A stretch of DNA of 63,459 bases, counting the filler, from an uncultured bacterium (GTDB lineage Bacteria; CAYJOG01): the NCBI GenBank assembly GCA_964371695.1. It is 3 parts of 3 records of this genome, joined end to end, with 100 filler letters (N's around TTAATTAATTAA, not from the genome) between each part and the next. Parts side by side here need not be neighbours in the genome. Positions count along the whole stretch, not along the records: positions 1 to 21,940 come from CAYJOG010000003.1; 2 more parts are not named here. The stretch is one strand, 5' to 3'. The position numbers and the translations under genes are program-made. The notes under the pieces are model-generated. The model had not been told where the DNA came from and did not search any database. It was given only the letters and a program-made list of their open reading frames with translations. Position 1 is the first letter of the stretch, and each line of letters starts with the position of its first letter. Below, piece by piece: positions 1 to 7,595 of this stretch.

Positions 1-219
1 GTTTGGCTCAGTGTAAGAAAAGGTGTTCACGCTGGGCAGGGCGCGGTGCTGGAGAATCCATTCTCCGGTTTTGAGGTGCCAGAAAAGGTCGGGGTCGCTC
101 AAAGGCGCGAGGGTGGCCAGAAAGGCCACAACCGCCGCAGGCAGAAACCAGAGCCAGGCCTCTTTTGGTTCAAGGGGACTGGAAGAAGCATCAAAACCCT
201 GGGCAGGCGATTTAAGCAT
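1..219 (-). CDS. Membrane protein, GT-C-like glycosyltransferase family (N-terminal part; runs off the window edge)
   Basis: Not in the ORF track. Manual translation from ATG at 219 gives MLKSPAQ...WLWFLPAAVVAFLATLAPLSDPDLFWHLKTGEWILQHRALPSVNTFSYTEPN: a TM helix followed by the DxDxxWHLxxGxWI...P..nxFS motif typical of this membrane family. Confidence 0.65.
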   Translation of the reverse strand, partial: MLKSPAQGFDASSSPLEPKEAWLWFLPAAVVAFLATLAPLSDPDLFWHLKTGEWILQHRALPSVNTFSYTEPN

Positions 220-294
220 TTTGTGAGGCCGTTGGTGTGTTTTGGACAGCCAGGAATTTGCGCAGTCGCGGCGATGTCCTCGTCATCGTAAATT

Positions 295-322
295 GTAGGC
301 GCGGTGAGAACACCGCGCCTAC
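295..322. repeat. GTAG-type REP palindrome, possibly also acting as ndk terminator
   Basis: GTAGGCGCGGTG-AGAA-CACCGCGCCTAC is a perfect 12-bp stem. The minus-strand reading matches the REP at 2402-2426 at 23/25 nt. Confidence 0.7.
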
Positions 323-346
323 TCTACGGATTCGCCAAAAAATGTT

Positions 347-766
347 TCAAAGAACTTCCTGTTCGCTGAAGAAAAAGGGGATTTCCCGTTCGGCGCTGGG
401 GATGGAGTCGGAGCCGTGGGTGGCGTTTTCGCCCACGCTGTCGCCATAGAGCGCCCGCAGGCTGCCCGCATCGGCCTTGGCGGGATCGGTGGCGCCCATC
501 ACTTCGCGCCCCAGTTTCACGGCGCCATCGCCTTCCAGCACCATGGCCACCACGGGGCCGCTGCAAATGAAATCCACCAGTTCCCGGTAAAACGGGCGTT
601 CCTTGTGTTCGGCATAAAAAGCTTCGGCCACTGCGGGGCGCACCCGGCATTTCTTCACGCCCACCACCTCCAGGCCGCGGTCTTCAAAAGCCTTGATGCA
701 GGCGCCCACCACGTTTTTCTTCACCGCGTTGGGTTTGATCATGATAAAAGTCCGTTCCTTGCTCAT
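347..766 (-). CDS. ndk: Nucleoside diphosphate kinase
   Basis: ERTFIMIKPNAV, FYAEHKERPFY, GATDP and NATHGSDS motifs; 139 aa. Confidence 0.97.
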   Translation of the reverse strand: MSKERTFIMIKPNAVKKNVVGACIKAFEDRGLEVVGVKKCRVRPAVAEAFYAEHKERPFYRELVDFICSGPVVAMVLEGDGAVKLGREVMGATDPAKADAGSLRALYGDSVGENATHGSDSIPSAEREIPFFFSEQEVL

Positions 767-875
767 GCTGATCCTTCCTGGCCGGCGTGGTTGTCCTGGT
801 CCGGTCCGGCCCGCATTTTAGTGCCTGTTTACAAAGTCTGCCCTTGGATTTTTCAGGGTGTTTATCAACACCTAA

Positions 876-1048
876 GAGTCTGTTTGAAAAGTCCGTCGTG
901 GACTTTTCAAACCCAACGCCTTCGGGGGCAAGCCCCCTTGGCGTGGCGAAAACCTCAGTGTTTTTAACACTTCGGCTTTCGGGTGCGGTCATCCATGACC
1001 GCAAGCCCCTGTTTGAAAACAAATCTCCATTCGTTTTCAAACAGGCTC
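876..1048. mobile_element. MITE-like structured element R1 (IS5/IS1031-like ends)
   Basis: TIRs GAGTCTGTTTGAAAA (876-890) and TTTTCAAACAGGCTC (1034-1048), flanked by TAA on both sides. Five internal hairpins. A related remnant lies at 818-872, and 846-872 is the reverse complement of the left end of R5. Confidence 0.75.
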
Positions 1049-2289
1049 TAATACGCCACGCGCCAGTCCAGTTGAATGCTGCGCTCCAGTTCAAGCTGGG
1101 GGCCGTTCAGGGTTTGCCAGATGGGCGCCAGCACCTCCAGCGACACCCGGTGGTGGTCGCTGCGGTCGGGGCCAAGGATGTTCAGGCCCAGCCCCAGGCT
1201 GATGCGCCTGCCCCCCTGGCGTTTGCTGTCCATGGTGGGGTCGGTGGCCGGGTTCAGTGCTTTGTCGTTCCCGGCCAGGTCGCCCCAGCTTTCCCACAAC
1301 AGGCGCGCCCCGGCGCTGGTGCGCTGGGTGAAGTTGTATTGGGCATAGGCGGTGGCGGCCAGTCTCGCGCCGGGTTTGTAATCCCGCTTGTTCGTGCCCA
1401 GACTCACCGCGCCGGTCATCTGCGCGCCCACTGTCCAGGGCACCCCCTGACGTTTGAACGAAAGCCCCGGCAGCAGTTCCATGGTGCCGCTGCCCAGTTG
1501 CATGGAGTAGGGCAGTTGCAGTTTGGCCCCGACGGTGAGGGGGGTGTCGTCTTTTTCGTCCACCGAGCCGGTGGGCAGGCTCAGGCCCAGGTGGGCGTGC
1601 CACGCGCCGCCACGGGTGGGGATTTTCCAGCGGGTGATGACCCGGATGTCCCCGAGGCCCTCGGCTTTGGTGCGGCTGGTGAGGTTGGTGTTGGTGAGGC
1701 TGTCGCGGTTGTGGATGACATAGGGCACACCCACCAGCAGCGCCGTGCGGTCGTTCAGGCCATAAGCGGCCTGCAGGCGGTGGGTGAGGGTGTTCTGGCG
1801 GGTGGGGGTGGTGGTGTAGGTGTACAGGTTGCGTCCCGTCAGGTTCACCACGTCGGGGGCGTTTACGCCACTTTTGCCACTGCGCAGACCCGACTTGCGG
1901 GTGTGACGCCACGCATAACCAAACACCCAGTCGCCGTGGGGGGGCGTGTGATCTGGCCAACGGCCGGGGGGGCCGACGTCGTCGGCGGTGACCTGGGGCA
2001 GTTCGGTTTTCATGCCTTTTTTGGAGGGGGGTTTGGGAATGTAGGCGTTGGGTTTCTTTTTGGGTTCCTCTGGTTTGGTGGGTGAGGCGGTTTTGGTTGT
2101 CTTGGGAGCCGCCTTGGCGGGGTCGGGGGGCGCTTTGATGTGGGCCTCTGGTTTGAACACCGGCTGGTTTTTGTGCTGGATGGTTTTGGGATGGTCGCTG
2201 GCTTGGGCGCTGGCGCTGAGGCACAGGGCGGTCAGGCTGAGGGCCAGTTTTAACAAGGCAGCGGGCAGCAGAGGCGTATGTTTGGCCAT
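1048..2289 (-). CDS. Putative outer-membrane beta-barrel transporter (MetA-pathway/phenol-degradation-like family)
   Basis: AAGGAG RBS before ATG 2289, signal peptide, Pro/Lys-rich linker, GLGDI, GLSLPTGS and LPYSMQLGSGT motifs, C-terminal aromatic residue (WRVAY). Confidence 0.7.
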   Translation of the reverse strand: MAKHTPLLPAALLKLALSLTALCLSASAQASDHPKTIQHKNQPVFKPEAHIKAPPDPAKAAPKTTKTASPTKPEEPKKKPNAYIPKPPSKKGMKTELPQVTADDVGPPGRWPDHTPPHGDWVFGYAWRHTRKSGLRSGKSGVNAPDVVNLTGRNLYTYTTTPTRQNTLTHRLQAAYGLNDRTALLVGVPYVIHNRDSLTNTNLTSRTKAEGLGDIRVITRWKIPTRGGAWHAHLGLSLPTGSVDEKDDTPLTVGAKLQLPYSMQLGSGTMELLPGLSFKRQGVPWTVGAQMTGAVSLGTNKRDYKPGARLAATAYAQYNFTQRTSAGARLLWESWGDLAGNDKALNPATDPTMDSKRQGGRRISLGLGLNILGPDRSDHHRVSLEVLAPIWQTLNGPQLELERSIQLDWRVAY

Positions 2290-2399
2290 GGGTGACTCCT
2301 TTGGGGATGGAACACCGGGACAATACCCATGCTGGTCTGGGGCCTCAAGCCCATAGCTGTTAACTTTCGGCAAGAAATCAAGGCTTTACGCGCTTTACA

Positions 2400-2488
2400 G
2401 GAGTAGGCGCGGTGTCCACACCGCGCAAAAGCTACAAAAAATCAAGAGTTTTCGCCCTCCACGGCGGTGTGGACACCGCTGCTACTCC
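2400..2488. repeat. Inverted REP doublet (REPIN-like)
   Basis: GGAGTAGGCGCGGTGTCCACACCGCGC at 2400-2426 and an inverted copy at 2463-2488 (reverse complement GGAGTAGCAGCGGTGTCCACACCGCC). Confidence 0.75.
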
Positions 2489-2522
2489 GGAATAGTTAGC
2501 ATCTATGGAGGCTCAAGCTTGG

Positions 2523-3575
2523 TTACAATGCACCCGCCCTGGCAGCCAATTGGCCGCAGGCGGCGTTCACCGCCTGGCCCCGCGTGTCGCGGCGGAACAC
2601 GTCCACACCGGCCTGACGCAGAACCGCCATGAAATCACCCACCTGTTTTTCGCCGGGGGGAGACTGGGTGAGCGGCAGGCCCGCCACGGGGTTCACCGGA
2701 ATCAGGTTGACCTTGAAGGGTTTGCCCTGCACCAGACGAGCCAGTTCGTGGGCCTGTTCGGGGGTGTCGTTCAGGTCGCTCAACAGGGTCCATTCCAGTG
2801 TGGTGGGCTGGTTGATTTTTTGGGCATAGGCCGCGCCAAAGTCGAGTAGTTCAATGATGCTGCTGCCCGCACGGGGAACCAGCGTTTGGCGCAGGTCTTC
2901 GGTGGCGGCGTGCAGCGACAGGGCCAGGCCCACGGGCAGCTCAAAGGTCAGCAGCCGGTCAAACCCGCCGCGCATTCCCACCGTGCTGAGGGTGATGTGG
3001 CGCGGCCCAAAGGCCCGGCCCCTGGGGTGGGTGATGAGGTGCAGAAACCGCAGCACGTTGTCCAGGTTCAGCATCGGCTCGCCCATGCCCATCAGCACCA
3101 GATGTTTGAGCGGCCCGGTCTGCGCCTCGGCCAGCGTCACCTGCTCCACCATTTCCCAGGGTTGCAGGTGGCGCAGAAAACCCAGGGTGCCCGTGGCGCA
3201 AAAGGCGCAGCCCACGGCGCAGCCGCATTGTGAACTGAGGCACAGCGTGTTGCGGCCTTCCAGGGGAATATGCACCATTTCAAAAAACTGCGGCCCGTCG
3301 CCCGTGAGCACCCAGCGGGTGGTGTCGTCCGGGGCGGCGTGGGTCTGCTGCACGTTCAGGGGAGTGAGGCGCACGGCCCCGGCCACGGTGTGGCGCAGGG
3401 CCTTGGGCCATGTGCTGAGGGCTTCAAAATCCCGCAGCCCCTGGGCGTGCAGCGCCTCGAACACCTGCATGGCGCGAAAGGCCGGTTGACCAAGCCCGCC
3501 AAGCAGGGCACCCCAGTCGTTGATGTCCAGGTCAAGGCCATGGGGCAGGGCGGCTGGTTTTTCATCGGTGTTCAC
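2523..3575 (-). CDS. rlmN: 23S rRNA (adenine2503-C2)/tRNA methyltransferase RlmN
   Basis: CLSSQCGCAVGCAFCATG (CxxxCxxC), MGMGEP, STVG, SLHA and C-terminal RG..VNAACGQL. Start placed at GTG 3575 to avoid overlap with dcd. Confidence 0.92.
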   Translation of the reverse strand: MNTDEKPAALPHGLDLDINDWGALLGGLGQPAFRAMQVFEALHAQGLRDFEALSTWPKALRHTVAGAVRLTPLNVQQTHAAPDDTTRWVLTGDGPQFFEMVHIPLEGRNTLCLSSQCGCAVGCAFCATGTLGFLRHLQPWEMVEQVTLAEAQTGPLKHLVLMGMGEPMLNLDNVLRFLHLITHPRGRAFGPRHITLSTVGMRGGFDRLLTFELPVGLALSLHAATEDLRQTLVPRAGSSIIELLDFGAAYAQKINQPTTLEWTLLSDLNDTPEQAHELARLVQGKPFKVNLIPVNPVAGLPLTQSPPGEKQVGDFMAVLRQAGVDVFRRDTRGQAVNAACGQLAARAGAL

Positions 3576-3594
3576 GCCGGTATAGTAACTCCCC
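3576..3594. promoter_or_regulatory. Bidirectional promoter with overlapping -10 boxes
   Basis: TATAGT (+, 3581-3586) is 8 nt before the dcd GTG. TACTAT (-, 3587-3582) is 6 nt before the rlmN GTG. Confidence 0.55.
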
Positions 3595-4233
3595 GTGATT
3601 CTCTGCCGCGAAGCCATTCTTGAAGCCTATGAACAGGGGCGCATTGTCATTGATCCTTTTGAGCCCTCACTGGTGAGCATCAACAGCGTGGATGTGCGCC
3701 TGGGCAGCGATATTTTTCGCCTGCGGCATCAGGATTTCCGTGATCTGTATCATGTGAGCGAGGACGCCTGGGAAAAAGTCGAACCGGTGGAAGTGGCCTG
3801 GGTGCGCAAAAAAATGCCCGGTTTTGGCGGCGAGGCGCTCAAGGATGACGACCAGGCGTTTCTGCTCAAAAGCGGCGAGTTTTATCTGGGCACGTCGCTG
3901 GAGCGCATCGGCACCGCCGTGCCCAAAGAGGGGGATGAAGCCCTGGTGGCCGAAATGAAAGCCCGCAGCACGGTGGGGCGTCAGGGACTCACGGTGGCGC
4001 TCTGCGCCGGACTGGGCGACGTGGGTTATCAGAGCCGCTGGGCGCTGGAAATCAGGGTGGTGGACTACGGCGACATTCCCCTGGTGGTGGGCACGCCCAT
4101 TGCCCAGGTGGTGTTTCACACCGCCACGCCCACCGCTCATCACTACATGGGTCAGGATCGTTATCAGGCAGACGCGGGAGAAGCCGCCCCCGCTGTGCGT
4201 TTTTTACCCAAAAACCTGCGGGTGGTGCGGTAA
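3595..4233 (+). CDS. dcd: dCTP deaminase
   Basis: MIL..EAI....I.IDPF, NSVDVRLG, ARSTVGRQG, DVGY...WALEI and IAQVVF motifs. Confidence 0.85.
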   Translation: MILCREAILEAYEQGRIVIDPFEPSLVSINSVDVRLGSDIFRLRHQDFRDLYHVSEDAWEKVEPVEVAWVRKKMPGFGGEALKDDDQAFLLKSGEFYLGTSLERIGTAVPKEGDEALVAEMKARSTVGRQGLTVALCAGLGDVGYQSRWALEIRVVDYGDIPLVVGTPIAQVVFHTATPTAHHYMGQDRYQADAGEAAPAVRFLPKNLRVVR

Positions 4234-4251
4234 CCCGAAAAAGGAAGTTCC

Positions 4252-5622
4252 GTGAAAGACAAAAAGTTTCCCAAGGGTTTCTGGTGGGGCACCGCCACGG
4301 CGGGGCATCAGTTTGAAGGCGGCAACGAACACAGCGACTGGTGGGCCTGGGAGAAAAAGGGCTTGGTGCGCGAGGGCCACGTGAGCGGCCGGGCCTGCGA
4401 CTATTGGCACAAGTGGCGCGAAGACCACCAGTTGATGAAAGACTTTGGCCACACCTGTTTTCGCCTGGGGCTGGAGTGGGCGCGCATCGAACCCCGCGAC
4501 GGCCAGTTCGACGAAAAAGCCATTGGGCAATACCGCGAAATGCTCGAGGATTTGCAGAGCAAGGGCATCCGGGTGTGCCTCACGCTCAACCACTGGGTGG
4601 TGCCCCAGTGGTTCCGCGCCATGGGGGGCTGGGAGCACAAAAAGGCCCTGGCTTATTGGGAGCGGTTCGTGAAAAAAGTCGTGCCTGCCCTGGCCCCCTG
4701 CGTGGACCTGTGGGTGACACTGAACGAACCCATGGTGCCCATCATCGCCGGTTACATCGCCGGATATTTTCCGCCGCAAAAAATCAATCCCCTGGCGGCG
4801 GCCACGGTGTTCCGCGCCCTGCTGCGGGCGCACGCCATCGCCTACCGGGTGATCCACGCCGAGGTGAGCAAAGCCGCCGGGGGCGGGCCGGTGATGGTGG
4901 GTTTTGCCAGCGCCATCCAGCACTTCGAGCCGTGGGACTACGACAACGGCGTGGCGTCGCTTTTGCAGCGGGCGGCGGCGCGGTTCCTCACCCAGACCAG
5001 CTATGCCTGCTGGGACGACAGCGTGACCAGCGGCCACGTCGCCCTGCCTTTTGGCCAGGGCCAGGAAATTCCCGACCTCAAAGACACGGTGGATTTTGTG
5101 GGCGTGAACTATTACACGCGCATCAGTGTGCGGCTGAACCTGGCCACCGTGAGCAACGTGATGACCGAGGGGTATGACATCCCGGAGGGCATCGAGAAAA
5201 CGGACATGGGCTGGCAGATTTTTCCACCGGGTTTTTATCATGTGCTGCGCGACCAGCACACCCGCTACGGCAAACCCATCTACATCACCGAAAACGGCTG
5301 CGGCGACGCGGGCGACGACATGCGGCGGCGTTATCTGCTCACCCACATCGCCCAGATGCACCGGGCCATTCAGGACGGCGTGGATATCCGGGGCTACTTT
5401 CACTGGACCTTTTGCGACAACTTCGAGTGGCGCGAGGGTTACACCAAAAAGCTGGGGCTTTTTGAGTTGGACCACAACGACCCGGACCTCAAACGCGTGC
5501 CCCGCCAAAGCGCCTACATGTTCCAGGAAATCGCCAAACACAACGGCATCACGCAGAAGATCGAAAACACCTACGGCCCCGGCTGCATCGAAAAATGGGA
5601 AAACGCCGTGGGGTTTGTGTAG
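4252..5622 (+). CDS. Glycoside hydrolase family 1 (beta-glucosidase/galactosidase)
   Basis: FPKGFWWGTATAGHQFEG, TLNEP (acid/base), ITENG (nucleophile) and DNFEW. Confidence 0.95.
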   Translation: MKDKKFPKGFWWGTATAGHQFEGGNEHSDWWAWEKKGLVREGHVSGRACDYWHKWREDHQLMKDFGHTCFRLGLEWARIEPRDGQFDEKAIGQYREMLEDLQSKGIRVCLTLNHWVVPQWFRAMGGWEHKKALAYWERFVKKVVPALAPCVDLWVTLNEPMVPIIAGYIAGYFPPQKINPLAAATVFRALLRAHAIAYRVIHAEVSKAAGGGPVMVGFASAIQHFEPWDYDNGVASLLQRAAARFLTQTSYACWDDSVTSGHVALPFGQGQEIPDLKDTVDFVGVNYYTRISVRLNLATVSNVMTEGYDIPEGIEKTDMGWQIFPPGFYHVLRDQHTRYGKPIYITENGCGDAGDDMRRRYLLTHIAQMHRAIQDGVDIRGYFHWTFCDNFEWREGYTKKLGLFELDHNDPDLKRVPRQSAYMFQEIAKHNGITQKIENTYGPGCIEKWENAVGFV

Positions 5623-5642
5623 GCCATCGTGAGGCGGTCGAT

Positions 5643-6416
5643 GTGGGCGATATAGAAAAGATAATCCCCAAAAATGGCGTCGTTGTCATGCTTGACGCTT
5701 TGGGTGTAGGCCAGAAAAGCACAGGAGAGTGCGAAGCGTTTTTAAAAAAAAGGGATGAGTTGATTGATAGGCTTAGCAAATCAATGAATTATATTCCAGA
5801 GGGCGCTGGAGAAGATGTAGAGTTTTTTTTGAAAAGTATATATTCGTCGCGAGAAATAGTCACATTTGGTGATACTATAATACTTATTTTTGATTTTGGC
5901 GGCGCGCACATAGAAAAAGAAGACTTCCTTCTTGGGCAGGTGTATTCAGCGATACAGCATGCAGGCGATGCAGTGTCAATCGGGATCGAAATAGGACTCC
6001 TGTTGAGGGGGGCCATGGCGTCTGGCGAGTATTTGTTTGATAAAAAATCAAACACTCTTCTCGGCCCAGCTCTCTCTGACGTGGCAAGCTGGTATGAAAA
6101 GATGGAAATGGTGGGGGTTTGCCTGACGCCCACCTTTGGAAAACTTGTGGAATTAATGTTTAGATACTCCTCCGAAAAATTTTTGCAAGAAATCTCTCGC
6201 AATTGCACAAAATATGATGTCGCATTAAGGGGATGTGAAAAATTAGAGTTGGCTGTTTGTGGATGGCCTAACTATTATTTAAATATGCATGGCAAAGATG
6301 CGCGACTAAGGTTTTTTCACCATATCGGGCAATATGCGAAGCCAATTTATTCAGGGGGTAAAATGGTTCACACCGTCGAATATTTTGATTGGTATATCAA
6401 TCGTTTTGGTTGTTGA
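5643..6416 (+). CDS. Stand-alone class III nucleotide cyclase-like protein, low GC
   Basis: VVVMLDALG, IVTFGDTIIL, LLRGAMASGE and LLGPAL motifs. Visibly AT-richer than flanking genes. GTG 5643 follows GAGG. Confidence 0.6.
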   Translation: MGDIEKIIPKNGVVVMLDALGVGQKSTGECEAFLKKRDELIDRLSKSMNYIPEGAGEDVEFFLKSIYSSREIVTFGDTIILIFDFGGAHIEKEDFLLGQVYSAIQHAGDAVSIGIEIGLLLRGAMASGEYLFDKKSNTLLGPALSDVASWYEKMEMVGVCLTPTFGKLVELMFRYSSEKFLQEISRNCTKYDVALRGCEKLELAVCGWPNYYLNMHGKDARLRFFHHIGQYAKPIYSGGKMVHTVEYFDWYINRFGC

Positions 6417-6476
6417 ACTTTGAGGCCCCTTAGGAATTTGAAAGTGTGGCTAAAATTGGAGGGATTGTTCTTTAGT

Positions 6477-7595
6477 ATGCGCCGCACGATTCACCTCTGT
6501 CATCCCTTCCTGCCCCGCTCGGAGACGTTTGTGTATGAGCGCGCGCTGCGGGTTGGGCCAGAGCCGGTGGTGCTGAGCGACGAGCCGCGCCAAAACGCCG
6601 ATCTCTTTCCCCATCCCTGCGTGTTTTCGTTGTGTGACCTGCCCTGGGTGAAAGAGCGTTATAACCGGCTGATGGCGCGCCTGCACAGGCCCTATCCCGA
6701 CTATCTGCGGCTCATCCGTCAGCATCAGGCGTTGGCGCTTGTGGCCCACCATGGCCCCGTGGCGGCTTGGGCGGTGCCCCTGTCGCAGGCGGCGGGCGTG
6801 CCGCTTGTGGCCTGTTTTTATGGCATTGACGCCTCGGCTTTTCTCAAGGAACCCCGGTGGCGCGAGCCTTATCGAAAACTGTTTGAACACGCGGCGCTGG
6901 TGGTGGTGCTCTCGCGCCAGATGGGCCAGCGGCTGATGGCGGCGGGTTGCCCGCCAGAAAAGATTTTTGAAAACCACCTGGCCCGAAACCCGGCCGATTT
7001 TGACCCCCAGCCCCGCCCGGCCCACGGCGGGGCGCTGCGTGTGCTGGCGGTGGGGCGGCTGGTGGCCAAAAAAGGTTTTGATGATTTGATAGAAGCTCTG
7101 GGTCAGCTCAAGGCGGGGGGCACGGCTTTTCAACTCACGCTGGTGGGCGAGGGGCCTGAAATTGTCAAACTGGAACAACGCTGGCTGGGGCTGAAAATGC
7201 AGAAGGAAGTGAACTGGCTGGGGGCCTTGGACAGCGCCGGTGTGCGCCGCTGGATGCAGTGGTGCGACGTGTTGGCCGTGCCCAGCAAAATTGGCCCCGA
7301 CGGCGACGAAGAAGGCACCCCCACGGTGATTGTGGAGGGTGGCCTCATGGCCTGCGCCCTGCTCAGCACGCACCATGCGGGAATCCCCGATATGCTGCGC
7401 CACGACATGGACGCCCTGCTGGTGAACGAAGCCGACCCGGCCGCCCTGGCCGCTGCCCTGTCCCGTCTGGCGGGTGACGCGGCGCTGCGCGAACGCCTGG
7501 GGGCCTCGGCCCGCGAGCGCATGTTGGCCGATTACAACGCGCCGGTGGAAGCCGCCCGTTTGCAGACCCGTCTGGAGGCGCTGTGCGGCGGTTGA
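6477..7595 (+). CDS. Glycosyltransferase family 4 (WcaL-like)
   Basis: FLPRSETFV, VGRLVAKKG, DGDEEGTPTVIVE and HAGIPD motifs. Confidence 0.9.
   Translation: MRRTIHLCHPFLPRSETFVYERALRVGPEPVVLSDEPRQNADLFPHPCVFSLCDLPWVKERYNRLMARLHRPYPDYLRLIRQHQALALVAHHGPVAAWAVPLSQAAGVPLVACFYGIDASAFLKEPRWREPYRKLFEHAALVVVLSRQMGQRLMAAGCPPEKIFENHLARNPADFDPQPRPAHGGALRVLAVGRLVAKKGFDDLIEALGQLKAGGTAFQLTLVGEGPEIVKLEQRWLGLKMQKEVNWLGALDSAGVRRWMQWCDVLAVPSKIGPDGDEEGTPTVIVEGGLMACALLSTHHAGIPDMLRHDMDALLVNEADPAALAAALSRLAGDAALRERLGASARERMLADYNAPVEAARLQTRLEALCGG

Noticed and set aside
818-1051. Possible CRISPR array or tRNA in the hairpin-rich intergenic regions
   Set aside because: No regularly spaced identical direct repeats with unique spacers, no cas genes, and no cloverleaf with T-loop or CCA. 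Better explained as MITE-like elements.
787-2085. 432-aa plus-strand ORF and other overlapping alternative-frame ORFs across housekeeping genes
   Set aside because: They overlap well-supported genes on the other strand or frame and carry no family motifs.
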